64,000 nucleotides of DNA, taken from contig JARFYF010000051.1 in assembly GCA_030265395.1 (NCBI GenBank), forward strand, positions 20,985,966-21,049,965. The letters run 5' to 3'. The notes beneath the pieces were generated by a model. The model did not search any database. It worked only from the letters and a program-made list of their open reading frames with translations, and had not been told where the DNA came from. The position numbers and the translations under genes are program-made. This DNA comes from Rhina ancylostomus (taxonomy: Eukaryota). Of this stretch, positions 1 to 12,324 are shown piece after piece; the first letter of the stretch is position 1, and the number at the start of each line of letters is the position of its first letter.

Positions 1-612
1 AATATCTACTGTGACACTCAATCAACTCCTTCTGTTACTTGCTCAAATAACTCAAAAGAGTTAATTAGACATAGCCTCCTCTTTTGGAAATAATATTGAA
101 CAATATTATATTTTGAATTTCTAAGTTTTTTTCTATTATTTCCCTAAATAAGGATTTTAGTGTCTTTTCTGCTAATGAAGTTAAGCTACTTGATCTAGAA
201 TTCTTTCAACTTTTCCATCAATCTAATATTTTGGCTGCTTAAAATCTTGTGGATAGAAGTGTGTCCATGGTAATAGTTCTGTGCTCTACACTACTTTTGA
301 AATTCAGTTCTGTTGACTTGAAAAATTTCTTTCTTTCATCAGTGTGCTAAATAAATTAAGTTCAAGAATAAAATAGACTTTTGGCTTAGTTTCATACTGC
401 TTGCTAGAATTTGATGTATGGCATGATCTGCTCTTCATTTCTGCATTAAAATATATTTGGCAAATAAAATATATTTGCTTCATGATGTTATTAAACTGAT
501 GATGTTATAAATACTGCTATATCAGGGATAAACTATCTCACTAAGAACAATTTACCTTAAACGGCAATGTAATACATTTAAAGAGACTGCAGCAAGTAAA
601 ATAAAAATCTAC

Positions 613-654
613 CTTTTTGGATGAAATCTTCATTGTTGTGATAGCTGATCGATT
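613..654 (-). CDS. sema3c: SEMA3C exon 14 (42 nt): NRSAITTMKISSKK
   Basis: tag|AATCG acceptor, AAG|GTAGA donor; ITTMKISSKK matches SEMA3C. Confidence 0.94.
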
Positions 655-1519
655 CTATAAAAAGGAAAGTAATCATAATTGTTCAAGTATTCCTGGTAGA
701 TCACCAAGTCAGCATATTGGCAAATCTCAAAATCAGTTTTATTAATTCTGCAAAGAGTGAGCAGCACATTGACTTGATACAACTTTCCTGTTTGAAATGG
801 TTTGTCGTTGACCTTATGCTCTTTAATAAACTACCCTTTAATGTTTATGCTTTGCTGCGGTCAATTGGTCATAAATATTACAGGAATAATTATATATTGT
901 TTGGGTTTCAGATTTTGCACGAGATGGACCTTCAACTTTAAATTGGTTTCAAACTTAATGGGCCAGAGAGTCAACTAATGAACAAATGGAATTTAGTAGA
1001 CAGCCTCAAATGTGAACACAGCAAAGGATTGTCCACAATCTACCACACTGAGCACAACTGTCCTATCAGTCTTTCCTGCACAAGTCTATTGAGTATCACT
1101 GGAAAACATGATATGGCTCTTGAAACTCAGATTATGACTTCAGATTGCAAAATTCATTTGAAGTTACCTGTTGCCTGAGTGAAAGCAAGAAATCATTTCA
1201 TACAATTTTGATAATTTAAAAAAAGATTAAATTTTAAAAAATCATAAATTAATTTAATCCATGCACATTGATAAAGTAAACACACATTGTATTAGTCAAT
1301 TATTACAATACATTTCAGATGGACCATCTCACATCCCTTAGGTTTCATTTCACAGGTAAGGTCACCAGTTTTGTTATCAGTATATTGTGATTGGGGCCAC
1401 ATTTAAACATCTATATCTCAGACTGGAGTTTTGTGGATATAACAATTTTCCTTTTGGCTGTGAGCCTGAGAATCCCACCATGTAGGAAAACCCAGGCATT
1501 ACCAAAACAAACATGAAAA

Positions 1520-1740
1520 TAAAAAAAAACTGCAGATGCTGAAAATCTGAAACAAAATCAGAAAATGCTGGAAAACCTCAGCTGGTCAGCCAGCATTTGT
1601 GGGAAGTGAAACAGTCAACGCTTCAGGTCCAAGACTCATCGCAGAACTGAGAAAAGTTCTGATGAGGGAGTCACTGACTCAAAATGTTGCCTGTTTCTCT
1701 TTCCAGAGATACTTCTGGACCTAAAGCATTTTCTGTTTTT
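1520..1740. mobile_element. Palindromic element built from two inverted Penelope-type terminal sequences
   Basis: The left arm (ctgcagatgctgaaaatctga...cagaaaatgctgg...cagaact) is the approximate reverse complement of the right arm (agttctgatga...gcattttctgttttt). Related copies at about 2140, 11800 and 54065. Family assigned from recall, not from a search. Confidence 0.6.
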
Positions 1741-2139
1741 GACCCAAATATGTTTGTCTTGTACGTTACTGCAAGCTTATTGTTCATTTAACATCAACAT
1801 GAATTGTGATTAGAACTATTATGTGGCAGAAAATCAAGTTTAATTGGAATCCATTTGGTGGTAAGTCAGTCTATTTGTGGCACATCAAAATTTTGTGGAA
1901 ATGGGGAGAATCTGTGAATTATGGAACCACTTTCATTGAGTGAATTATTTCCTGCTGGAGGTCACATCATCAGGCATCTGAACAAGGTAATCCAATGGAT
2001 CTGTGCTCATTAAAGAATGTCTAATCCTATAGATATGTTTCATCATATTAATACTTGATTTAGTTGTGCCAATACCATAGCAGGACAGAGTGGAGGTGAT
2101 TCGGTAATTGTACTGTCACTTGGGCTTGACAATCAAAAA

Positions 2140-2330
2140 TAGAAACAAAAGCAGAGAATGCTGGAAATACTCAGCACTTCATGCAGCCTTTGTACTTATA
2201 AACAGAGTGAACATTTTAGCTTGAAACCCTTTCATCAGAACTACAAATAATGAATAAGCAAGCACATTTTAAGTTGCAGAGAAGTTAGATGGATGGGAAA
2301 AAGAAGGGAAGCTTGGTGACCATGCTGGTG
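2140..2330 (-). mobile_element. Degenerate Penelope-type terminal fragment
   Basis: gaatgctggaaatactcagc...ccctttcatcagaact is similar to the left arm at 1560-1650. Confidence 0.5.
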
Positions 2331-3519
2331 GAATTGAATCAGCCTGACTTTCTGCACATAACTTATATGTAACTATCCTCTGGTACTCATTGTATTATCC
2401 TGCCTTTATCAGGAGAAGACATGTAGTTTGTTTAATCTGCTGTTTAAATAGACTCTGTTTTTTCAGTAAGTTGACTTTGCTGCACAGTCAGCTGCTTGCT
2501 GTGAATCACATGTCCCAGCCACCTCAAATTATTGGCTTGTGCAATGTTGTCAATAAACACTCCATCCATTTCAATGATTTGCAAGTGGTGCCAGTGACAT
2601 AAAACCAAATGCAAAATAAGCAGTTTTTCTTCTAAAAATTGCCATTTTAAAACTATTAAGGAAAACATTCAATTCAAAGTAGACATCTTGGATTGCATTT
2701 GTTAAGGAATAATATCTAACATTCTCAAATATTTCTGTGCTTTTTTTCTAGATATTCGTTGCACATTAACTTTGTCAGCAATGCTTTGGCAGCCTGCTTG
2801 CTCCCAGTGGGCGAGTTTTTGGCTCCTAATCATAAGAACAGAAACACAAACCCCACCCACTGCCTCCTGCTTGCACTCAGTTGGTTGAGGCCTATATTCT
2901 TTCCCTTGCCACTTTGTCAGATCAAGTGTGATGCAGTTGAAAGGCAGTCTGCTCTGGGAAAAAGTAAAAAAAATTGCTGTATTCCCTTTTGACTGCCACA
3001 CCTAAAGTCTCTTTGACGACTAACTTTTGGTAGTATCTACGCTACTGCCACCTTCCCCACAGAAAAAAAATACATATTTGACTCAAAATCAAATTATCTC
3101 CTCTTGACTGAATTTATTTAATTAAAGGATCAGGAAAATAACAGTAAATGTCAAGACAGATAAATGTCTCCCACTANNNNNNNNNNCCCACTAGATGATT
3201 ACAATCACTGACATTTCATTAGTGAAAGTAAGTCATGGAAAATTCCTTCCCTTTTTAAACTGTTGTTGCTCACAATGTATTTAAAACACTGTCAAAAAGA
3301 AAAAGAATGTCAAACATAGTATGAAGCTGAGAAGTCAAAATGTACTACCGACAGGAATACGAAGAGCCAATTTGACATCATTTATTATCAGAAAGGCAGA
3401 TCACAAACACGCAATCTGAAACTGTGTATTTGTTGAGTAGCAGCACCTGGCATTGTAATACTTTTTGTACCTCACTCCAATACAAAAATTTATTTACATA
3501 AAAATGTACAAAGGTTCAT

Positions 3520-3650
3520 GGGCAGAGTAGTACGGTGGTTAAAGCAATAGGCTGATGTGCAGAGACCTCAACTATTCATCCAGAAACACAAGCTCAAATG
3601 CCAGCACTGCAGCTGGGGAATTTAAATTCAAGTGACTAAATTAAGATAAT
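3520..3650 (+). mobile_element. 5' part of an old tRNA-derived SINE interrupted by a CR1 LINE
   Basis: Decayed A-box/B-box-like head followed by gcagctggggaatttaaattca; the body resumes after the LINE at about 5475. Confidence 0.45.
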
Positions 3651-3666
3651 TAAATAAGGACAGATG

Positions 3667-5470
3667 AACATAGAAATAGGAGCAGGAGCAGGCCACCTGA
3701 CCCGTCGAGCCTGCTCCACCATTCAATAAGATCATGGCTGATCTGGCTGTGGAGTCAGATCCACCGACCTGCCTTTTCCCCATAACCCTTAACTCCCCTA
3801 ATATGCAAATATCTATCTAACTGTGTCTTATATATATATTTAATGAGGTAGCATCTACTGCTTCCCTGGGCAGAGAATTCTACAGATTCACTACTCTCTG
3901 GGAAAAGCAGTTCCTCTCATCTCTGTACTAAATCTACTCCCCTGAATCTTGAGGTGATGTCCCCTAGTTTGAGTCTCATCTACGAGTGGAAACGACTTTC
4001 CTGCCTCTATCTTATCTATTCCTTTCATAACTTTATATATTTCTACAAGACCCCCTTTCATTCTTCTGAATTCCAGTGAGTCTAGTCCCAGGTGACTCAC
4101 TCTCTCCTCATAGGCTAACCCTCTCATCTCTGGAATCAACCTGGTGAACCTCTTCTGCACCACCTCCAAAGCCAGTATATCTTTCCTCAAGTAAGGAGAC
4201 CAGAACTGCACGCAGTTTTCCAGGTGTGGCCTCACCAGTACCCTCTACAGTTGTAGCATAATCTCCCTACTCTTAAATTCAATCCCTCTAGCAATGAAGG
4301 CCAACATTTCATTTGTCTTCTTGATAACCTGTTGCGCCTGCAAACCAACCTTCTGCAATTCATGCACAAGAACTCCCAAGTCCCACTTCACAATATCATG
4401 CTGCAATCTTTCACCATTTAAATAATAATCTGGTCAACTATTTTTCTTTCCAAAGTGGAAGACCTTGCATTTATCAACAATGTACGCCACCTGCCAGACC
4501 CTTGCCCACTCACTTAACCTATCTATATCTCTCTGCAGACTCTCCATATCCTCTGCACAATTTGGTTTTCCACTCAATTTAGTGTCATCAGCAAACAGAT
4601 ATACTACACTCAGTCCCTTCTTCCAAATCGTTAATGTATATTGTGAACAGTTGTGGGCCCAGCATCGACCCCTGCAGCACCCCGCTCATCACTGATTGCC
4701 AACTAGAGAAGTACCATTTATCCTAATTCTCTGCCTTCCATTGGTTAACCAATTCTCTATCCATGCCAATACATTGCCCCCAACTCCATGCATCCTTATC
4801 TTATGGATAAGTCTTTTATGCAGCACCTTATCACCTTGGAAATCCAAGAATACAGCATCCACCTGCTCCCCTCCATCCACTGTGCTCATTATATCCTCAA
4901 AGAACTCCAGTAAGTTTATCAAACCATACCTGCCCTTCCTGAATCCATGCTGTGGCTGCCTGATGGAACCACCTCTATCCAGATATCTTACTATTTCTTC
5001 CTTGATGTTAGCTTCAAGCATTTTCCCGACTACAGATGTTTAGCTAACTGGCCTGCTTTTTGCCTACATCCTTTTTTAAACAGTGTGACATTCGCTGTCC
5101 TCCAATCTGCCAGGACCTGCGCAGAGTTCAGAGAATTCTGGTAAATTATCACTAATGTGTAGACTATAACTTGCACCATTTCCTTTAGTACCCTGGGATG
5201 CATCCAAAAAAGACCAGGGGACTTGTCTACCTTTTGGGCCCACTAGTTTGTTCATCACTACCTCTTTAGTGATCGTGATTGTATCAAGGTCCTCACCTCC
5301 CATCGCATTCACAACATTTCTCTTTGACATGATAAACGTGTCCTCTACCGTGAAGACTGACACAAAATAGTCGTTCAAAGCCTTGGCTATTTCCGAATTA
5401 CCCATTATTAATTCCCCCTTCTCATCTTGTAAGGAAACTATGCTCATTTTAACCACGCTTTTCCCCTTTA
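3667..5470 (-). mobile_element. CR1-clade LINE, 5'-truncated, frameshifted ORF2 (reverse transcriptase and C-terminus)
   Basis: ORFs 5076..5456 (ALNDYFVSVFT), 4689..5021 (QHGFRKGR, NLLEFFE, VDAVFLDF, WIENWL) and 3891..4235 (RPHLENCVQFWSPYLRKD, LEVVQKRFTRLIP) are typical CR1 ORF2 segments; 3' UTR ends near 3667. Confidence 0.93.
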
Positions 5471-5474
5471 ATCT

Positions 5475-5680
5475 TGTATGAGTAAACTACTGTCCTGTAT
5501 TAAAAGTCCATCTGGTTCACTACTGGCCTTAAAGGAAGAAAATTTCCCAGTGTTATCCTGGTATGGCCTACATATGACTCCAGACCCAAAATATGGTGGG
5601 AACTTAAATGTTCAGGGAGAACGCAGAACAGAGAATTAACAATGGTCTTGTCAGAAATGTTTCCAATCCATGAATGGGCA
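5475..5680 (+). mobile_element. 3' part of the SINE split by the CR1 insertion
   Basis: ccatctggttcactact..cctt..aggaagaaaat...ggcctacatatgactccagaccc; related degenerate copies at about 40225-40390 (+) and 57060-57220 (-). Confidence 0.5.
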
Positions 5681-6599
5681 AGCTAAACAAAAATACACAG
5701 TAAGTTCAGTGACTGTGGGCCACTGATGTGGTAGCAGAAAGATTATGAGTCCAACTGAGATGACTGACCACTAGCTGTAATGTTTGCAGATGCCACCATG
5801 CCCAATCTCCTGCTCCGTTGCTGAGTTCACCAATGAGCCCAGCAATGAAGAATTAATGTGCTGGAGAGGGGCCAGATGCAAAGCTTTACACCAGCAATAG
5901 TTGATGTATCGTTGGTCACTGTATTTGAATATAGTTGCTCCCCTAAAGGAATAGGTGTTTTCATGTTTTTAATCATTTGTCAGCAGTTGAATGTGTTTTA
6001 ATTACATTTATTTAATATCTTTTAAAAATTATTTAAATCTGCTTGGATAATTAAAATAGTTCAAACGACTTCAACAGTGATGAGATGTCAAAGGTGTTGA
6101 GAGTGCTGTGGTCAATGGGACAATGTTCACATCATCTTGGGGACTGCAGTTCTTCACGAAAAGTGTAATTAGTCTGTTGAGTCAAGTCCTTCAGCCCACG
6201 CATCTGGAAAAGGAAGCCCAGGCAGGTGGGCAACACAGGTCATGAGTTTCGGCAGTGGCTGGGTTCACAACTATCCAGTTCTATATGTGGAGTCAGCCCA
6301 GAGAACAAGGAGGGTAACAATGATGGTGACAGAGCAGGTGCTGAGCTACCATTAGCTCCATGAGGATGGGGGTGGGGGCAGAGGAATGCTGGATAATGTG
6401 TAGCTGCAGTTATGGCTCCAAAATCAGATAGGAGTAGCGAGTCACTGTCAGATACAAATGTGACCACAGGCACCAATAGTTGAACCACTATTCAAGGCAG
6501 ATGGTCAGGCCAGATCGGTGAACAGGGTAGCAGAGCTTTTGGTGGGTGCCAAAGGCAATGATATCTGCCTTCTTGGTATTTAATTGAAGGAAATTTATA

Positions 6600-6925
6600 C
6601 TCTTCCTCTAGGTAGATGCATGGAAGATGCTTCCTTTAGGTAAGGAATCTATAACTAGAGTTCATAGTCTCGAAACAAGAGACAGGCTATTTAGGAGAAT
6701 TGCCATCTCTTGGAGGGTGGTGAATCTCCGGAGGGTTGTGGAGGCTCAGTCACTGATTGCATTCACACTGAGATCAATAGATCTTTGGATATTAAAGGAA
6801 TAAAGGCACATGAAGATGGAGAAGGAAAATGCTGTTGGAGTAGGAGATAATCATCTTATTAGATCGTAGAGCAGGCTCAAGGGGCCAAATGGCCTTCACA
6901 CCTGCTCCTACTTCTTTTGTTATTA
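6600..6925 (+). mobile_element. CR1 LINE 3'-end fragment
   Basis: gagggtggtgaatct...gttgtggaggctcagtca...gagcaggctcaaggggccaaatggcct...cctgctcct; colinear with the reverse complement of 3670-4030. Confidence 0.75.
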
Positions 6926-9650
6926 CGGTATATGCTGACAGGGAAGGATGCACATAACTTCCAGCAATTGCGTTTTTTTGGAATTTTCATGCACATGATT
7001 AAGTTCTGTTTGCTGATCTTCAGGATACAACAATGATACAAGGTAGTCAGATGTGTGTAAGTGTTTTTCGTGATATTCTAGAACCTTCTGCTCTGGAGCT
7101 TCTTGTCAATTAAAAAGGCAGATTATAATTTGACAAAATTTAAATGGTTAGGTTGAACAAAGTTTCTTGGATGAAAACAGGTAACAAGTTGATGAAGCAA
7201 AGTCCTTCTTGCCTCCATCCCTTGGTGTAATGTGAGAGGGAATATTTTGGGAATGACAGAAGAGGAAGGGGACAGGAACAACACGGGGACTGAAGAGAAA
7301 GAGGAGGTATGGTGGCAAGAGGAGGGGAGGTGGAGGGAATAGTGGGACAAAAAAGGAAAAGCACAGGGTACATGCTGGGAGTGAAGAGGTGAGAAGGGAG
7401 ACCGCAACTCCGTCCAAACAGGAAAAGATAAAACAAAATCTAACAGCTAAGGAGAATAGAGCACAGAAACAAAGAAAGAGGGTTAGGAGGGAGACAGAGA
7501 ATCAATAGCACAAAGACAGCAGGGATGAGTGAGAGCGTCACTGTATTCTCCAACTTTATGGTGATCAACTAGTTTTACATTGTAAACTTTAGATCAATGA
7601 GCAATTTGCCTTCCCCATTATAAATCATGGCCTATAAATTTCTTCTCACAGCTCTGGGAAAAACACTGCCATGCAGCTGGAAATGGGCTTAAGCTGGAGC
7701 AAAATAAAATTCCACCCATTTCCATGCCTCTTTGCACCTAGTGGTCAGTTCAATCTCTGATGTCGTGCAGGATTTCCATTAACACCAGTAAACATTTTCT
7801 ATTGCAAAACGTCCCCAGATGATACCAATAATAGCGCAACATGCAAAGTTCACCTCCTGTATAACTTTCGGCCTCCCTGGTCTGAAAAGCAACAGTTGTA
7901 ATTATGCTCAGAACAACCATGATCTCCAAAGCTTGCTCGCCTGAAACCTGTGTTATTGAAAGGACTAATAGTCAAGGTGCATTCTTTGTCCTCAGTGAGA
8001 TCTATGACCTGAGACCTCAGACAGAGGCTCATACTTGTGACTGGGCTGCTTCGTAGCTGAAGGTACAGATGCTCATTCTCAACTTCCTGGTCTTGGGATC
8101 ATTCCAGACTACTGCTATTGATCATTTGCCACAGTTTGCTGCTCATTGCTCCATCACAGAGGTTTCCCAAGCAGCATTGTCAAACATAGTTTTTCTTTAG
8201 CTCACAGGGATTTGCCTGTATTCCAGAATGTAGGCATTCCAATTCTGCACTCTTCCAGTGTTATTATTATAGTGGCCTCTTTGGCAATCTCCTGCCAGAA
8301 GAAACTGGTTGCAGCCCTAGGATACAGGATATCCCTCCTGACAGTAATCTTCTTCGCTGGCCTATCCTATGCATTCAGACAAGAAATACACATTAGAAAT
8401 ACTAATTAACGTTCCTTCCTTCATCATTAGTGGGAAATCAGTGAAACCATTCATAAAATAGCCTAGTTAGTGTAGGCCTTTGCTTCGCTTGTCCAGGGTT
8501 TCTGTGGAAGTTACAGAGTCGTGCATGCTGAAACTGACAGAAGAAATTGGGAGAAGTAGGCAGAAATTCCCAGCAGCCTGGTGAGTTGCCAACACTTCTT
8601 GCAATCTGCAGGAATTGAAAATAAACCTCTAGAACAATGCTACAGTATCCAGGGAAAAATTGTAGTGACATCAATGAGCAAGGATGGACAGGACATTTCC
8701 CCTCTTTGTTTAAAGGTTTATTTGCTATAAAAACAATGGAGATGAGGTGCAAGGTTGACTGACTGTCAAAAGTCATCCATTTGATTAATTAAGCACCTGT
8801 TTGCCTTTGAATCATCAAGGGAGTGCAGTGGGCCAGAGGAATGGTCATGTTGGGCAACCTTGGTGTTTGAAGTCATTTGGTCAAACCATTGGGAATACAT
8901 TCAATGAGATCTTGCAACTCCACAGCCTGGCCTGCCGAATCAAGGAAGGCTGGTTTATGTTTGAATAAATAAACATTCAAATTCCTCTCTTCTATCAAGA
9001 ACTTTCCCTCTGAACTATTTGCACAAATTATTACCCAAGATGTTTTCTCCCAAGAATTCTAATTGTTGATTCAGACTTCAGAACTACTAAAAAATCAAAT
9101 AGGGAGTTCACCCTCTGTATTGTTTTGATGATTTTCAAAAAATTATATAAATACATTTTACCATTATTTATTTCAAATCATTGCATAGACCAGCTGCAAT
9201 TAGCTGAACTTTATACTCTGCATTGAGAAAAATTGAAAATAAGTGACTGCAATAAATAAACAGCACCATTTATCTCAACACATCACAGCCTTCTTAGTGT
9301 TACAACACATATCCACTTCACAAGTCTACCAGTAAACCAACAGCATGAGACTTCAAAGCATGAATGGTTTGGCTGCCTTGAAAACATTACAGATCTTTGG
9401 GGACTTGTATAATTAGGAGCACGCTCTCTACATCTTTTGGTTTGAACCTGAAACAGCAGCCTAAATATAAAGCAAAGGCTGATTGTTTCCACATGGGTCT
9501 GTGATACAGCATCTAACTTGGCCTGTTTATGATTTTGACCAACAGCTTTTCACCTATGAAACCCCCGCTGAAACTTGGAAAAGCTTCCTTATAAATTCCA
9601 ACCGGCTGACTACATGCTGCTTAATCTGATTAAAAAAAAGTCAGTCAGAC

Positions 9651-9739
9651 CTCAAATACTTCCATTTCTTCCAAGATAAGCTCTTCCTTATTCGATGCAT
9701 TTTTTGACAAGACTACAATTTTCTGGACCGTTCCCTTAT
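9651..9739 (-). CDS. sema3c: SEMA3C exon 13 (89 nt): (D)KGTVQKIVVLSKNASNKEELILEEMEVFE
   Basis: cag|ATAAG acceptor, GAG|GTCTG donor; GTVQK and ELILEE motifs. Not in the ORF track. Confidence 0.95.
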
Positions 9740-10775
9740 CTGAAAGAGATATGAGAAACAAGTCAATTCACCTAACAAAACTTGGTTTAATGGAATCTTA
9801 AAATATCTAATTCATTTTGTTTAGAAGGCAATTTTTGTGTGAACAACCCCATACGGTTTCTGTACTGATTGTTGTTTGTTCTTACCTAGTGAGTGTGAGC
9901 AACTTTTGGTGTTAGTGTGAAATCAGCAAAATCTGATTCCTTCCATTATGGAATAAAGAAAGATAACAGGAGATGTATATATTGGACAAAAAGTCCACCA
10001 TCACCCATTTTACACAAGTGACAATTAAAATCCCCCACCCCAGCCAAAGTGCAAGTTGTGTCTGTGTCCACTTTTGAATGGAAATCCATTGTTATATTCT
10101 GCATTGCTTCTAGTGCACATCTGGGTGGGAGCACTTCAATAGTGTGTCATTATATCATTATAATGCATTTACGAATAGGTAGAATATGAAGAGATGTAGG
10201 CAATCCAAAGGGGGATTGGAGGGTAAAAGCACTTCCTGCATTGGTTCCAGAGGTACACCAACCCAAATGGCAGCCTTTTGTAAGGGAGAGGGAGGAGACA
10301 CTGGGGAACTACAGTTAATGAGAAAGTGAAGACAAATCCAAGATGCAGTTATGAGTTTGGAAATGAGTCAACAATCCAGCCATTTAATTGTTGCTGAAGT
10401 GGAGGTGTTTTCTTCAAAGGTGATTATGAAGGAGCCCTTCATTCTATAGAACCATGGGTCTGCATTGTAGCATGCCTATGTGAAGGTGGAGGAAGGAATC
10501 AGCGTAGGTGTCCCAGCGATCTTCAGTGCAACTCTGCTTCTAGCTTTCTGATGATATCCTCCTGGCATTATTGTATTATAGATCTTTATATTTGGCTGGT
10601 AGCATCTTGGTGTGTAAGGGTTGGCAGTATCTCTAATCCTACAACTTTCTAGTAACAAAAGAGAAGGTGTATCATTCTCCTAGGTTGAACAAACAAGGTG
10701 CTTTCCTCTGCAGTTCCTTGTAGGCCTTGAATGTCACCCTGTTTATTGGAGTTTAGTTTTTTTTAGATATCTTAC

Positions 10776-10998
10776 CTGTGCCGAGAAAGAGGACATGATA
10801 TCTTCCATCTGCAGCCTTCACTTGGTCCACCACAATCTTGGTGTACTTATAATCAGTATTAATCCTTACAATCAGTGGTTGCTTATTGATCGGATAAATA
10901 GAGTTATACATCATGGGATGGTTCCGGATAAATGTAACCACTTCATCAGGAAAATCCTTTGTTGACAATGTGTTAGGTGTAAATGCTCCTCCAGGGCA
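10776..10998 (-). CDS. sema3c: SEMA3C exon 12 (223 nt): CPGGAFTPNTLSTKDFPDEVVTFIRNHPMMYNSIYPINKQPLIVRINTDYKYTKIVVDQVKAADGRYHVLFLGT
   Basis: tag|TGCCC acceptor, CAG|GTAAG donor; overlaps ORF 10753..10968. Confidence 0.97.
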
Positions 10999-11639
10999 CT
11001 AATAATTAAAGATGAAGACAAAGTAAGTACAAATAAGTTTCAGTGAAATTTCTTGCTTACCTTGGTCTTTAACTTATCATGCCCTTTATCCTGTCAGTTC
11101 AATTTACGTTATTCTTCTGGATTTTAGCTTTCTTTTAGCAGAATGTACTGATTTATTACCCATGTAACTCTCCTCTCCTGCTACTTTCAACTGGATATTT
11201 TTAGAAAGTAAATTATAAATGTTTGCCCTGTACAAAGTGAATCAGCTCTTACACCATTTAACAATACAGTGCAGTGATAAACATTGCTGACAATCTGGAG
11301 TTCAAAGTAGTAACACATAAAACATTTAAACAGGCAATGTATATGAATACATCATATAAAAAGCTATGGAAAATTTCCCCTGAATGGAAAAACATATATT
11401 TTCAAATTCAAAACTGAATCGAAATCCTAGTCTTTTAACTTATTTTTTAATCCTGTTATTTTGTCAAACTGATGCTCCAAGATTTAACTTTCAATGTTTT
11501 GTGTCAAAACAACACAGAACTATGAAGAGAAACTGTATTTAAACCTGAGTTTGGCAATTTCAGCTCATAACCATGGGTCCAAATTTTGTTTTGGAGAGCA
11601 ACTGCTGGCAATGTTTCTGCTATTGCAATTTCCATCACC

Positions 11640-11940
11640 TTTGGATCCATGTTTCATTTCTTTATGTATCAAATTACCATTCCTATTTACCATTTGCTAT
11701 TCCCTGGCTTCCACCCTACAAACCTAACCCAATGGTCTTTCTTCCCTTCTCTGCTGTCCCTGCCTCTGTACTTGCTCAAACCCTGTTATAACTCAAACTT
11801 TTTCCAGTTCTGGTGAATGTTTTCCAGCCAAAACGTTAACTCTCTTTCTCTCTCCTCAGATGTTGCCTGACCTGCTAACTATTTCCAGCATTTTCTGTTT
11901 TTATTCCAGATTTCCAGCATTTGCAGTATTTCTCTTTTGA
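11640..11940 (+). mobile_element. Penelope-type terminal fragment
   Basis: agttctggtga...aaaacgttaactctct...cctgacctgct...tttccagcattttctgtttttattccagatttccagcatttgcagt is the reverse complement of the 1520-1650 arm. Confidence 0.6.
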
Positions 11941-12324
11941 AGCTGATGACAAATAGTGGTTTTAGGATTCCTGAGACACAGGAAATGTAAGTTCTGATTA
12001 ATGTGTTTTTCACATTTGTATTATTTTTGCAAAGGCAATCAGCAATGAACAGAAATTTGTTTTAGGACTTATGGACTAAATTAGATGACACAGATGCAAC
12101 ATTGTGGACTTAAGACCCTAAGTATTTTTGATGGCCTGGTTATAAACAAATAACCACTTTTGTAATATTTAGATACTGGCAGTATTTAATGGGTATCCTA
12201 TGGTTATGGACATATTTTAAGGAATGGGCATTCAGGTGTCCTTTGTCCTGACAGATTACCATGAAAGAATATTTGAGATGGAGAGAATTCAGTGAAGATT
12301 CATCACATTGATTCCTCAGATAGA

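Noticed and set aside
1-612. Search for SEMA3C exon 15 (QQLYV...CCLARDPYCAWDG)
   Set aside because: No matching minus-strand frame. The look-alike tgcttgctaga near 398-408 is on the wrong strand and lacks the rest of the motif.
7123-7540. Three overlapping minus-strand ORFs over a purine-rich tract
   Set aside because: Low-complexity sequence depleted of stop codons; the S/P/L/F-rich peptides resemble no known family.
11055-11064. Strong donor-like CAAG|GTAAGC 62 nt upstream of exon 12, a possible cryptic exon or recursive site
   Set aside because: The residual intron would be only 62 nt, and the sequence before it is purine-rich with no acceptor tract.
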